From the human T2T-CHM13v2.0 reference genome, Homo sapiens: 64,000 nt of DNA. This document shows positions 29,901 through 46,560 of this stretch, piece by piece. Position numbers and translations under genes: made by a program. The notes beneath the pieces are model-generated. The model was given only the letters and a program-made list of their open reading frames with translations, was not told the DNA's origin and did not search any database. Where the stretch lies: the NCBI RefSeq assembly GCF_009914755.1, contig NC_060926.1; one strand, given 5' to 3'. Position 1 is the stretch's first letter; each line of letters begins with the position of its first letter.

Positions 29901-30255
29901 TGGAATACTATGCAGCCATAAAAAAGGATGAGTTAATGAACTTTTCAGGGACATGGATGAAGCTGGAAACTATCATTCTCACCAAACTAACACAAGAACA
30001 GAAAACCAAACATCACATGTTCTCACTCATAAGTGGGAGTTGAACAATGAGACCACATGGACACAGGGAGGGGAAGATCACACACTGGGGCCTGTCAGGG
30101 GGTTGGGGTTAGGGGAGGGATAGCATTAGGAGAAATACCTAATGTAGATGATGGGTTGATGGGTTCAGCAAACCACCATGGCACGTGTATAGCTATGTAA
30201 CAAACCTGCACATTCTGCGCATGTATCCCAGAACTTAAATTATAATAATTAAAAA
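26980..30255 (+). mobile_element. 5'-truncated, 5'-inverted L1PA (about L1PA7/8); 26980-27576 is antisense
   Basis: Antisense ORF2 piece, then sense ORF2, 3' UTR and poly(A); 15-bp TSD aaagaattaattcca (26965-26979) / aaagaattgattcca (30256-30270). Confidence 0.96.
28041..28826 (+). pseudogene. L1 ORF2 reverse-transcriptase domain remnant (longest ORF, 261 aa)
   Basis: Motifs [31 protein letters not shown]; frameshifted on both sides. Confidence 0.93.
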
Positions 30256-30270
30256 AAAGAATTGATTCCA

Positions 30271-31005
30271 ACCCTTACTCTATCATTTAACTTTCTTTGA
30301 GCCTCTGTTTCTTCATGTGTAAAAAGGGGGCTGTGTCAGGGGTCCCCAAGACTATCCTCAGGTTCAGGGATTTGCTAGAATGTCTCATAGGATGCAAATA
30401 AGCTGTTATATTCATAGTTATAGTTTATTACAGCAAAAAATACAGATTAAAATCAGCAAAGGGAAAAGGTACAGGGGGTAAAGTCCAGGAGAGATCAGCA
30501 AACTTCCAATTGTCCACTCCCAGTGGAGTCTATAGACAGCATTTAATTCTCCCAACAATGATGTGTGATAACATGTGCAAGGTGGTGGCAACCAGATCAC
30601 CCAAACCTTGGAGTCCAGGGTTTTTTTGTTTTTTTTTTTGAATAGTCACATAAGCATGTAGCATTCATATGACTGACCTCAGCTCCTCAGCTCCTCAGAC
30701 CATATCGCACAACTACCCCAGAGGTAAAAGTGATGCACCATGGCCCAAAGGTCCAGGCATACAAACACACTCATACCAGGCAAGATACTACAAGAGCTCA
30801 AAAGTCTCTCTCCCAAGAGCCAGGAAAGGGCCAGTCCTGAAAACTTTGGGTTTGTGCAAGATTTGAGCAGCCCAGACCTGTTAGCTCTTTCCTGCACAGG
30901 TCTACAACTTTTAGCTTTCGGAATTATTATGAGGACTAAATGAGGTGGATATAAAATACCTTATAGTGTCTGACACATAGTAGGTGTTTGATAAATATTA
31001 GATAT
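30271..31005 (+). mobile_element. MIR split by an LTR
   Basis: 'tttaactttctttgagcctctgtttcttcatgtgtaaaa' before the LTR and 'tatgaggactaaatgag...tctgacacatagtaggtgtttgataaata' after it. Confidence 0.75.
30332..30898 (-). mobile_element. MER21-like ERV solo LTR
   Basis: 'tgtcaggggtccccaagac...tttattacagc...aatcagcaaagggaaaagg...ctcccagtggagtc'; AATAAA on the minus strand; ends 'ctgcaca'. Confidence 0.8.
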
Positions 31006-31108
31006 TAGACTCTATAGACAGAGACTTCAAAGGGGCACATGGACTTGTCAGGAATAAAAACAGAAATGTCATTCTGACAATACTTCCAGAAAAAAAAATG
31101 TGATTTGG

Positions 31109-31241
31109 GGCCAGGAGTGATGGCTCATACCTGCAATCCTAGCACTTTGGGAGGCCAAGGGGGAAGGATCGCTTGAGCCCAGGAGTTCAAGACCAGCCTG
31201 GGCAAGATGGCAAGACCCCATCTCTCCCAAAAAATAAAAAA
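31109..31241 (+). mobile_element. Alu monomer (FLAM_C-like)
   Basis: Left arm only, 'ggatcgcttgagcccaggagttcaagaccagcctgggcaa', with an A tail. Confidence 0.88.
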
Positions 31242-31320
31242 CGGTTATGATTTGAGACATACTTATAGAAACCAGGGTAGGAGTAGAGGGACTGCTGTCT
31301 TACGGACACAGATCTAAGGA

Positions 31321-31322
<2 letters not shown>

Positions 31323-31365
<43 letters not shown>
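31323..31365. repeat. (CA)n microsatellite, about 21 units
   Basis: Perfect dinucleotide run. Confidence 0.98.
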
Positions 31366-31366
<1 letters not shown>

Positions 31367-31734
31367 GAAGTGGAAGGATTGTGGGGGAGACATTTGTCCA
31401 AATATAAACACAAAGCATTTAATAAATGTCAGTAGGGCCAAACCCCAGCATAACATGAGGCTTGACAAATAATCTTATAAAAATTTAAAAGGCCATTTTT
31501 AGCTATATTCAAGATGTGAAGAGATGGACTCTTGGTTTAGGCAAGAAAAATTTGGTATTAATACATGGCAAAAAGAAAGCAAAGCTACTTATCTCCTATT
31601 ATGTTCCCATCTTCTCTCTGAAGCAACATTGTTCTCAATTGGAAAGGACTTATGATTGACAGAGATTTCAAACAAAGGAGGACAAAAGAAATCCCGGAAA
31701 ATTATAAATGAGCAAATGTCCACCTTTTCAAAGA

Positions 31735-35858
<4,124 letters not shown>

Positions 35859-36072
35859 AGTAGATATGGGAAACTATACAATCTGAGATTAATATAAATC
35901 CAAGTTAAAATTCTACGAAAGACTATTCCAGATAGTTTATGTACAAATAGAAAAGGGACCATCACTAGAAGGCTGCCTAGTTAAGTAAGGATAAGTAAGG
36001 ATTAATTAAGTAAGGCTTATCCTTCCTTTCTTATACTTCCTTTCTTAATCAGATTACTAGAAGAGAAAATTT

Positions 36073-36385
36073 GGACCCAGGCACGGTGGCTCACGCCTGT
36101 AATCCCAGCACTTTGGGAGGCCGAGGCAGGTGGATCACAAGGTCAAGAGATCGAGACCATCCTGGCCAACATGGTGAAACCCCGTCTCTACTAAAAATAC
36201 AAAAACTTAGCTGGGCATGGTGGCGTGAGCATGTAGTCCCAGCTACTCGGGAGGCTGAGAAAGGAGAATCGCTTGAACCAGGGAGGTGGAGGTTGTAGTG
36301 AGCCAAGATTGCCACTGCACTCCAGCCTGGCGATAGACCGAGACTCCGTCTCAAAAACAAACAAACAAACAAACAAACAAACAAA
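36073..36385 (+). mobile_element. AluSc-like element with (AAAC)n tail
   Basis: 'ggatcacaaggtcaagagatcgagaccatcctggccaacatgg'. Confidence 0.96.
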
Positions 36386-37862
36386 TTTGGAAAAATTGAT
36401 GATGTGTCTTGATTTTGGCCAACATTTTGCCAAGCTAGAGAAACAAGAGTCAGGTAATATTCCATTAAATAAGTTTCCAGAGAGCTTGAATCAAGTCTCA
36501 GCTAACTTGAATTCAGCTGATGTAGACCTATCAGCTGACAAGACTTTACAAACTTGAAAATGACAAAACATGTCAGGTGACTTAACCAAGAGTCATAAAG
36601 AACTCCTTGGGGAGTTCAAGGTAGGCCATATAAACAAGATGACTTTAAAATAAATTTAAAATTAAAATCATTCCCTTAGGGATGTATATATGTATGTATG
36701 GGTTAGTTGAAAATAGTTTATGGGGGGAAAGGCTTAGTTAGGAATGTCAAATGTTCAAATGCTTGATATAAACCAAATGTGCATGGTTTTCTTTCACTCA
36801 TTTATTCAAAAATATTATATACTAACTATAAAAGCACATTCTGCCTTGCTTTGCATGTAAAAGTATAGAATCCAAACCTAGGGCAGTAATGGTGCTGCAG
36901 ATGCCATAGTGATGAGACAACACTGGATATTGCTTTTAGTTTTATAAGACACCTTGGAGAAGAGAATTAACCATCCAGACTAGGCCACCAGTTTCAAGGT
37001 GGCCCAAGAGTTGAAACCAAGTGTTAAGAGGAGATTGACGATCTGTTGAGGCTGATCATCCTGAAGGGTGGAAGACTAAGTGGAGATGTGAAAAATATCT
37101 TTAAATTTTTTAAAGGCTATTGTCTGGAAGCTTTCATAGACTGCTGCTTGGTTCCTTAGGTAGCAGAAGTTGTAACATCAATAGCTATGAGTTATAGGAA
37201 ATTGGGTTTCAGCTAATATCATACAGTGTGTCAGCTCCTTTACCAGACCCTAGGCATATAAAGATGAGCAGGACAAGATCCCCTTCCTCACAGTTAATCC
37301 ATAAATTCATATTCCATATAGAGAAGTGGCTCCAGACACAATGACTCTTCCAACAGTGAGATTCATTAGGAAATTGGATGCCTCTTAACACACTGAGCTC
37401 CCATCTCTGGAACACAAAAGAAAGACATTTCAGGTACTGTTTGGGGGACTGAGACTGGGCTGATGGTACCTGTGCCTAGCTGTGGTGTTCTGGTAGCCAC
37501 CAAGAACCAGGACTCCTATTTACCAGGACAAGCAAAGGGGGTAGCCCAAGGAGAGTCTGAGCTGTGTTCCTGGAGGAAAGCAAAAGATTAAAGCCAAAAA
37601 CGTGGCCCTGAGAATCAGGTACACAAAAGCCACAGACTGTCAACAGGAGAGCAATTCTCAAGTCCAAAGAAGGGAAGAGCAGACATAGTCAGGATGCATG
37701 GTGTGAGCCTGGGGAAAACCATCATTTGGGAACAGCCTGGGAATGCCGGCCAGTTAGCAGCTTGTTGGGAGCTCTCTGTGATCAAGCAGGCTTTGGCTTG
37801 GATCAGATGGGACTGGACAAGACGCTGAATGACCCTCTGTCAGGGGTGTTAGAGATGTGACT

Positions 37863-38402
37863 TGTGATAGATGTCTTCCATTTGCCTCTGTAGCTCTGCT
37901 CACCACTCTTCTCTACCCTGTGTGGATCTAGGAAGTTGACCTACATTGCCTGCATCCATGGAATCCTCGCCTTTTGGACTTAGTTTGGTTTAGATAACAG
38001 CTAGAGCAGTGGTTTGGAGTCTTTGAAGAGGTCCTTCACATCCCTTGTTAGCTGAGAACAGCTAGAGATTAAAGAGGGAGGAAGACAGCAGAGTTAGGAT
38101 CCCCCTGCTCCCTGCTTGCCTCACTATGGGGTCACCTTGGGATTGCTGTTTTTCTTGGCTGAGGGTCACAGCTCCTCTTAAAATGTCCCTGTTTACATAG
38201 CTTTTTCTTCCAGGATCCAGCAGCCACTCCCTGCCCTCTACCCTCTAAGCCTAGAAGGTGGTAACAGCTCCAGTTACCAGCTCCAGGGTACTGCACTATC
38301 TCTTAGGGGTCTCCTACATCTTGTCCATCCTATTTAAATGCTTCTTATATTATACTAATGTGAATGTATCATCTGTTTCTTGGTTGAACCCTGGCTGATA
38401 CA
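37863..38402 (+). mobile_element. LTR33-like ERVL solo LTR
   Basis: 'tgtgatagatgtcttccatttgcc...cttctctaccctg' and 'ggtggtaacagctcc...catctgtttcttgg...ccctggctgataca'. Confidence 0.72.
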
Positions 38403-39099
38403 GGATTCTGGATTGAGTGAGAAGATGGACTAGATTATTTCTAAGAACTCTTATACTTCTAGAGCTCTGGATTTCTTGTCACTGATCTTATATTTTTGTA
38501 TACCTGAGCGATGAGGATTAAATTTCTGCACCTAGAAACTCACAGCAAATATTTTTGTAGCACATAAGAAGTTCATCTAGAGACTCATGATTTGGCTTAA
38601 CCACATAATTTATATGATTTATTATTTTTATAAGAATTTATGTTTTCAGTATGAATTGCAGTTCATAGTCTCAGTTGCTCACACTATCTGAAGGGTCAGC
38701 TAACATCTTTATTGGTGTCATGTAAAAGACCCAAAGGGCACTTAATCTGGCCAAGGAACTACTGTCCAGACTTTGGTAATTTCATAAAAGAGCTGAAATT
38801 AACCTTAAATATCTTTCATAAATAAGCTGCTCAGCCATACTGTGACACTTTCTGGGAAGACTGAATAGTTGAGGCTCCTCATAATGATGCTGTTCCAAGG
38901 ATACGCCAGAACCCCAAGAAAGGAATGAGGAGACCACAGGGTCTGCATGACTGTGAACCACATGACTGTGAACCACATGACTTCTGAGTCTGATAAGCCA
39001 TAGAAGGCAAATTGTCTTCTAGTGGGAAGATCATTTCTATTTGACTCAGAATAAGAGGGTTTTGTTTTTGCTTGGTTTGGTTTTGAGGCTATCTTACTT

Positions 39100-39340
39100 C
39101 TAATGTGTCATTATCTTTTAGAGATACACAGTGAGATGTTTGTGGGTGAAATGATATGACTGAGGTCTGCTTTGCAGTGATACAGAGAAGGGGAATAGGT
39201 GGGAGCAGAGTAAAAACAGGATTCGCGATGAGTGGATATGGGTGATGGAGACATGAGGCCCATACTATGCTCTCTATTTTTGCGTGATTTTGAAATTATT
39301 GAATATCGAGAGTTACGTGAATAAACAGTTAAATAAAAAG
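39100..39340 (+). mobile_element. L1ME4-type 3' end fragment (a similar second piece lies at ~39600-39755)
   Basis: 'atcttttagagatacacagtgagatgtttgtgggtgaaatgatatg...gggtgatggagacatgagg...ctctatttttg'. Confidence 0.65.
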
Positions 39341-40638
39341 TGACTTCTTCCTACAGGGAAACTCATTTATTGTTGCTTGGTGCCCATGATGTGATGCAGA
39401 AGCTCTGTGTGTAGGTTTCAGAAACATAATAGGAAAAAACATACTGAAACAAAATGTAAATGAGGAATGCTATTTTTTGTGAAAGTTTACCCAAACCATG
39501 CTCAATGGAAAATATCAAGATATTATTATTCAGGATGTACCTTTACAGTATCTTTCACGTGGACTTTGCTGTATGGACTTTGCTCCTAAATAACGTGGGC
39601 TAGAGGAGAACCAGGTAGGTTACATATGAAATAAGGTTGGTTGTGAGTTAAAATTTCTTGAGTTTTGGGGAAGGATATATGGGAGTTCGTTATGCTATTT
39701 GTTCTACTTTTGTATATGCTTTAAATTTTTCATAGAATTCTTTTAAAAAATAAAACCTATACTGCACATCCAAAACATGGCCATTTTACATTAGGAAAGT
39801 ATTAACTTTTACGATTTTATGAAATGTAATATTATGTTATTTCTCTTTCGCCTCCTTAGATTTTGTGTTTTCTAATATATTGCTATTTGTCCATTTCTTT
39901 TGTTTTCCCCCACCCCTTAGTTTTGTCTGTTGTATGGAACCAAGCTGGTGTTTCAGGAGCGGGCCTGGTATTTAGAACATAAATACTTGACTCCCATGGC
40001 CAGCACGAGGATCAGGAATCAGGTAAGGTCCCTGGGGTACAGAAAAACACTTTGTACATCAGCCCTGGTCTCCTTGCTTTCTTAGAAAACAGTCCTGCCA
40101 ATCTTCTATCAGTTTCCACTCATGGATTTTTATGCCTCTGGGACTTCACATGTATATTTTCATTACCTATCATGATCGTATTACACTTAAGAGTTTAGGT
40201 GACAAGGGAGTGACTCACTGTACATGAGTTTTCTAACATGAAAAGGAGAGGAAGGTATCAAAATGTTTTCCTTGTCTTGGCCAAAAAAAAAAAAAAAAAA
40301 GTGTTAGTGATTTCTTTTCTGCTTCTTACCAAAGCCTATTAATACATTGTTTATATTAAGAAGAAAGACCCGGGGTATTTTTATGTCAGTGGTAGCCATG
40401 GGGAATTCAATACAATAGCTACGGAGCACCTGAAAAAGAAGGTGAGGCCAGTATTCACCACGAAAATGCTACTGCAAAGAAAAAGAATGTGAAACAGCAT
40501 ACTCATCAGTAAAACACATTTCTGATTACATCCTTTCTGCAGGAGAGATGCTGAAACACAAACAGGTATAAGACTCAGTCTCCACATGAAGGGAGCTCAT
40601 ATCCAAGGACACAAAACCACTTTAAAAACATAAATACT

Positions 40639-40973
<335 letters not shown>

Positions 40974-41334
40974 TCACAGGGCATGGAGGTTTTCGAATGA
41001 ACTTGGCCATAAGAATAAATTCAGAGTTGACAGAACAGACGTCTTAGGAATAAATGCCATTCTTATGCTAGACCTTGAAGAGTAGAAAATTAAGAGATGG
41101 TGGCCCAATTGAGAGGGGAAAATGCAGTTGAAACTTCAGACAGGGTTGATAAAGTGAGGACGATCATAGACATGGAGTACTTAGACATATTAATAAACAA
41201 TAAAGACTTTACCTGTCTAATGGAAAACCTGGAGAAGTCGTCAGGAACCAGACTACAGTGGACCCTGGAGAACCTTGAAGAACATTTTTCCTTTTCAGGA
41301 AAACGGAGGTTACAGAGAAAAGTATATGTAATGA

Positions 41335-42232
41335 TGCTACAGTAATGTATTTCTGTATAACAAATGACTCCAAACTTACGACTTAAAACAACCACCACTT
41401 ATTATTTGTCTTGGTCCATTTTTTGCTGCTGTAACAGAATACCATAGACTGGGTAATTTATAAAGAAAAGACATGCATTGCTTACAGTTCTGGAAGATGG
41501 AAAGTCCAAGGTCAAGGGGCCCACGTCTGGCAAAAGCCTCCATGTAGCACCATCCCATGGAAGGGAAGAGCAAGAGAGGGTGAAAGCGAGAGAGAAGGAA
41601 GGGAGGGGTTGAACTTATCCTTTTATTAGGAAACACTCCTGAGATGACAGCATTAATCCATTCATGAGGGCAGAGCTGTCATGTCCTATTCACCTTCTAA
41701 AAGTCATACCTCTCATCACTGTTGCATTGGGGATTAAGTTTTCAACACATAAACTTTGGGGGATACATTCAAGCCACAGCATCATTTCTCATGATTTTGC
41801 ATTCTAGACAGAGTTCAGCTATTAACAGACAGTGCTTCTGCTCAATGTGGTGTCTGCTGGGGCTAAGGGTTCACAAAGACTTCTTCATTCTTATGGCTGG
41901 CAGCTCAGCTAGGATGACAGGAACAGACGGGTAATTGTCTCCTTCCATGTAGCCTAGTTTGGGCCTATTCACAGTAGGGTAGTTTCAGGGTGGTCGAATG
42001 TTTTATTTGATGGCTTCCAGGAATGAGAAAGTAGAAGATGCCAGCCTTCATAAAGGACAGGCCCAGAACTAACAGTGTTACTTCCACTGAATTCTATCAG
42101 TCAGAGGAAGTCACAGTGCCAGCACAGATTCACAGCTGGAGGAGAGACTTTACCGCTTGATGTGAGGAGTAGCATGTACATGCTGGGAAGGAAAGAATTG
42201 ATGGCAGCTATCTTTGAAGACTATTTCCCACA
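41335..42232 (-). mobile_element. Old MaLR LTR (MLT1F-I-like) split by a younger MaLR LTR
   Basis: 'ctgtataacaaatgactccaaactta...cttaaaacaacc' and 'ttacttccactgaattctatcagtcagaggaagtcac...gcagctatctttg...cccaca'. Confidence 0.75.
41407..41781 (-). mobile_element. MST-type (MSTC/MSTD-like) MaLR solo LTR
   Basis: 'tgtcttggtccattttttgctgctgtaacagaatacc...gcattaatccattcatgagggcagagc...acattcaagccacagca'; 5-bp TSD ttatt / tcatt. Confidence 0.88.
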
Positions 42233-42434
42233 AAGAGAGTGCCCACTTTGGGAAGATGGAAGAATACTTTTTAATTAGAAAAAAAAAAAAAAAACCTACA
42301 TAAGGGAAGATTTTAAATCTGTGCCACCAGGTATTTCAGTGACACAGAATTAGATAAACAATATGCAATATATCAGAGGAATATTTAGTGAAGGAAATGA
42401 ACTTTCATATAAAACATTGAAGTGCTTTTGTATT

Positions 42435-42748
42435 TATTTTTCTTTTTCTTTTTTTTTTTTTTTTTTTGAGTTGGAGTCTTGCTCTGTCACCCAGGCTGGA
42501 GTGCCGTGTCATGATCTCAGCTCAGTGCCACCTCGGCCTCCCGGGCTCAAGTGATTCCTTGCCTCAGCTTCCTGAGTAGCTGGGATTATAGGCACCCGCC
42601 ACCATGCCTGACTAATTTTTGTATTTTTAGTAGAGACAGGGTTTCGCCATGCTGTCCAGGCTGATCTCCAACTCCTGGACTCAAGTCATCCGCCAGCCTT
42701 GGCCTCCCAAAGTGCTGGGATTACAGGCGTGATCCACTGCACCCGGAC
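42435..42748 (-). mobile_element. AluS
   Basis: Antisense Alu; perfect TSD tgcttttgtatt at 42423-42434 and 42749-42760. Confidence 0.97.
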
Positions 42749-43141
42749 TGCTTTTGTATTCTTACAGTGCCACATGCTTTCCACACTTCTCACTTATTGG
42801 ATCCTCTTAACAGCCTGGGAAATAAGCAGGCAGGAGCCAGCCACTTTGGAACAAGCTTTATCTGTAGGGCTATAGGACATCTCAAAGCCTTCTTTGTCAC
42901 ATCTCTGAGCTGGCAACCCTGAGTACTCATCCCATTTGCTGGTGTCCCCAAAGGGGAGAGGATAGTAGAACTGGCACAAATCCTTCCTTTCCCACTGCCA
43001 CCATACCTCTTTGCAGGGATCTCAAGGCTTTAGAGAAATGATTTGCAGCCATTCTTCACAAAAAATATCTGGGACCCTTGGTCAATTGAAAGTGCTAAAT
43101 GAGAATGTGCTTGCAAAGAAGATTAGAGGAGGCTGGGCTGA

Positions 43142-43584
<443 letters not shown>

Positions 43585-44344
43585 AAAAATTTGTTTTTAT
43601 ATCATGCATGTCACTTTTTCGTTTCCTGTTCCCCAAAGATATATTCAATATTGTATTTTATTTTTTATACGTTGAAACTTAGCTGTTTTATAGTCTGTAG
43701 CTAATAATTCCGATACCTTAAAATCTTTACAAGTCTATTTATTTTTGTGTCTTGTTTCTTCTGTGTGTCTGGTTGTCTTTTATTGTGTGTTGGTCATTTG
43801 TTTTGAGAAATAATGTGTAAGATGTACATGAAGTCCTAATCGAAGGTAATTTTCCTTTGAAAGGCCTCTGAAAACACTCTCAGTTTGACACCTACCTTAA
43901 ACCAAATTCAAGGCTTGGGCTTTTCTGGAAGACTCAGATACTCACAATAAGGGTAGCAATGTTTTTACCCTCCCCCTGTGGATATAGCTCTTTGACATCC
44001 CAGCTTGTCACGGTGAGGATCTGCTGTCAAATTTCTTGCTTAGTGCTGACCCTGATTTTTTACTATTATTACCTCCTGTCACCTGCCTGACCACCATCAA
44101 GCTGTCAGTGAAAATTCAGATTTTCTGGAAATGGCAAACACCTTCAGGGAAAATGCAATTTTCTGACTTGTTTATTTCTCTGGGTTCCCATTTTCCTATA
44201 AATTTTGGCTTTATTGTTTTGTCAGATCATTGATGCTTTGAAGATGTTTTCTGTATTTTCTTCAAATATTTTGGTTGTTTTCTGCAGAAAAGTTGGAAAA
44301 AAAAATCTAGCCCCCTGTTCTCAGAAATAGAAAGTTGCTTCATT

Positions 44345-44470
44345 GTTATTCTATATGACCCCACAACAACCCGGTGAAAAATTTTCATTACTCTTACACA
44401 GAGATGAGAAAACTGAGGCCCAAAGTGGCCAAGTAACTCACTCAAAGTAACACAGCTAGCAAAAACTCCT
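44345..44470 (-). mobile_element. MIR
   Basis: 'cacaacaacccggtga...cagagatgagaaaactgaggccc...aagtaactcactcaaagtaacacagctag'. Confidence 0.8.
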
Positions 44471-44549
44471 ATCTCTCTGACTGCAAACATTTTCATTTAT
44501 TTTATCTGGATAAAAATCACCATCAGAACAACAACCACATCCAGCACCC

Positions 44550-45845
44550 AGTTCTTGATTTCTAGCACCGTCCTCCAATAAAAGGAACCAGGGTCCTTGG
44601 AGAAATAGCTGATTTTAGGGCTGGCCAGTGAATGCACAAGATGAGCCTGGAGCATGTTCTGGTGTCAGAAAGTAAGAAAGTCCTTGAAAAACAAACAAAC
44701 AAAAGCTTGTGATGATGGCAGTATGTTCCAGGGACACAGGAAGGCGCCAACTGAGAGAGCTCCTTCCCAGTGACCAAGGCTGGAACAATTTGAGCAACAA
44801 AAATAATGTAATATTGGGTTATAACTCCAAGTATATAGTAATTAAGCCCAAGTCCATAATGATATGAATAAATGATTAAGCAAATAAATAAATGGGGGAA
44901 AGACACATCTTCCTTGCAGAAGAATCCCAAATAATATTTGTAGGTATTCCTCCCTCCAGGAGGTAAAGCTTAATTCCCCTTCTCTTTAGTGTGGGTTGGA
45001 CTTTAGCAACTTGCTTTTATTTTAAAGAATAGATTATGGAAGAGAGAAATACTTATTTTACAATGGAGAAACCTGGTAGATCCTAACCAAGTGATTAAGG
45101 TACATATCAAATGATTAAGGTACATATCACCAGTGATAACATCATGTTGATAGCATGTACTCTGTGGTGTGATATGATGAAAAGAACACTTCCCTCTTCC
45201 CTGAAACCCATAACCCAAATCTAAGCGTGAGAAAACACATCAGACAAAACAAAATGGAGGAACGGTCTACAATTCAGGGGTGTCTAATCTTTTGGCCTCC
45301 CTGGGCCACATTGGAAGAAGAGTTGTCTTGGGCCCCACATAAAATACACTAACACTAGTGACAGCTGACGAGCTAAAAAAAACAAAAATCACAAAAACAT
45401 CTCATAATGTTTTTTAAAAAGTTTATGAATTTGTACTGGGCCACATTCAAAGTTATCCTGGGCCTCATGTGGCCCATGGGCTGTGGATTTGCCAAGCTTG
45501 TCCATAATACCTGCCTAGTACCCATTAAAACTGACGATGCATGGAAGACGAGAAAAGACTGAAGCCATCACAGAGCAGAAGAGACTCAGGAGATATGGTA
45601 ACTAAATACAATGCAGTATCATGTATTGAATCCTGGGACAGAAGAACATGAGTAGAAAAACTGGTAAAATCTGAATAAAGTCTATAGTTATTAGTAATGC
45701 ATTAATATTGGTTTCCTAGTTTTTACAATGAGCCATAGTTATGGGGAAACTGGGTGAAGGGCAAATGAGAACTCTTGTTATCTTTGAAACTTTTCTGTAA
45801 ATTTGAAAGTATTCCAAAATAAAAAGTTTACTAAAAAAACAAAAA
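44550..45845 (+). mobile_element. L1MC3/L1MD-type long 3' UTR, split by MER30
   Basis: 'aaaggaaccagggtccttggagaaatagctgattttagggc...gatgagcctggagcat' and end 'ggggaaactgggtgaaggg...ttccaaaataaaaagttt'. Confidence 0.82.
45275..45500 (+). mobile_element. MER30 (hAT-Charlie)
   Basis: 'caggggtgtctaatcttttggcctccctgggccacattggaagaag...gccaagcttg'. Confidence 0.9.
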
Positions 45846-45964
45846 GTTAGCATAGGGAGATAGCAATCAGCCTAAACTGTTTCTAAATAAATAAAACTTT
45901 CCAGAACACCCAGGACTTATACCGACGCTCCAGTCTGATGGAAATTAGAAATGCATATATATAC

Positions 45965-46560
45965 TTAAAAATTATCTCATTTCATTCTCATTAAGACCTT
46001 CAAGGAAAGTAAGGCTAATATAATCCCCATTCAACAAATGAGTAAAACTAAGAAAGAGAGACATTAAATGACTGTCGAAGATTCTAGCTGAACACAGAAA
46101 CCAGAGCTCCGAATCCCAAATGGAGGTGGGTTAAGCTCCAGGCATCACCCATTTGTAGTCCTCCTTGTTCCTTTGGCACACTCTAGGGCACTAGATGCCC
46201 TGAGGAGTTCATATGCTTCTCCAAAGCAGGCAAAATCCATCCACATATTCAGAAGGCAGTGCAAGTGCCCAGTTGTTCAACCGAGGCCCCACAAGAGAAG
46301 GAGTTGGGTTGAGGTTTATTTTTAAAATTCCAATCCCCCACAGTCCTTCAAATCAGATAACTAATGCCTATTCTTTTGTCTGGAACTTCAGTGTTGTCAG
46401 AGCAGGTCCATATTCATTCTTATATCATCCTCACAAGCACCCTTTAGTGTGAACAGCTGTTACTCCCCTGTAGGCACAGAGAAACTGAGGTTGACTTGCT
46501 GCTCAGTGAGCAAATAGTAAGCTGGGGCTTCTATGGCAGATTTCGGACTCCACTCCACTG
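45965..46560 (-). mobile_element. Two MIR fragments (~45965-46120 and ~46410-46560)
   Basis: 'tatctcatttcattctca...atccccattcaacaaatgagtaaaact' and 'atcctcacaagcaccc...agaaactgagg...gacttgc'. Confidence 0.65.

Noticed and set aside
28041-30043. Active L1 or domesticated reverse transcriptase
   Set aside because: No 5' UTR or ORF1, 5' inversion, and multiple frameshifts and stops.
30097-30120. G-quadruplex motif
   Set aside because: Ordinary G-rich tract present in L1PA 3' UTRs.
41097-41345. 82-aa ORF with globular-looking composition (IIDMEYLDI)
   Set aside because: May be a decayed CR1 RT motif (VDIVYLDF-like) or chance. It runs into an LTR and has no support as a gene.
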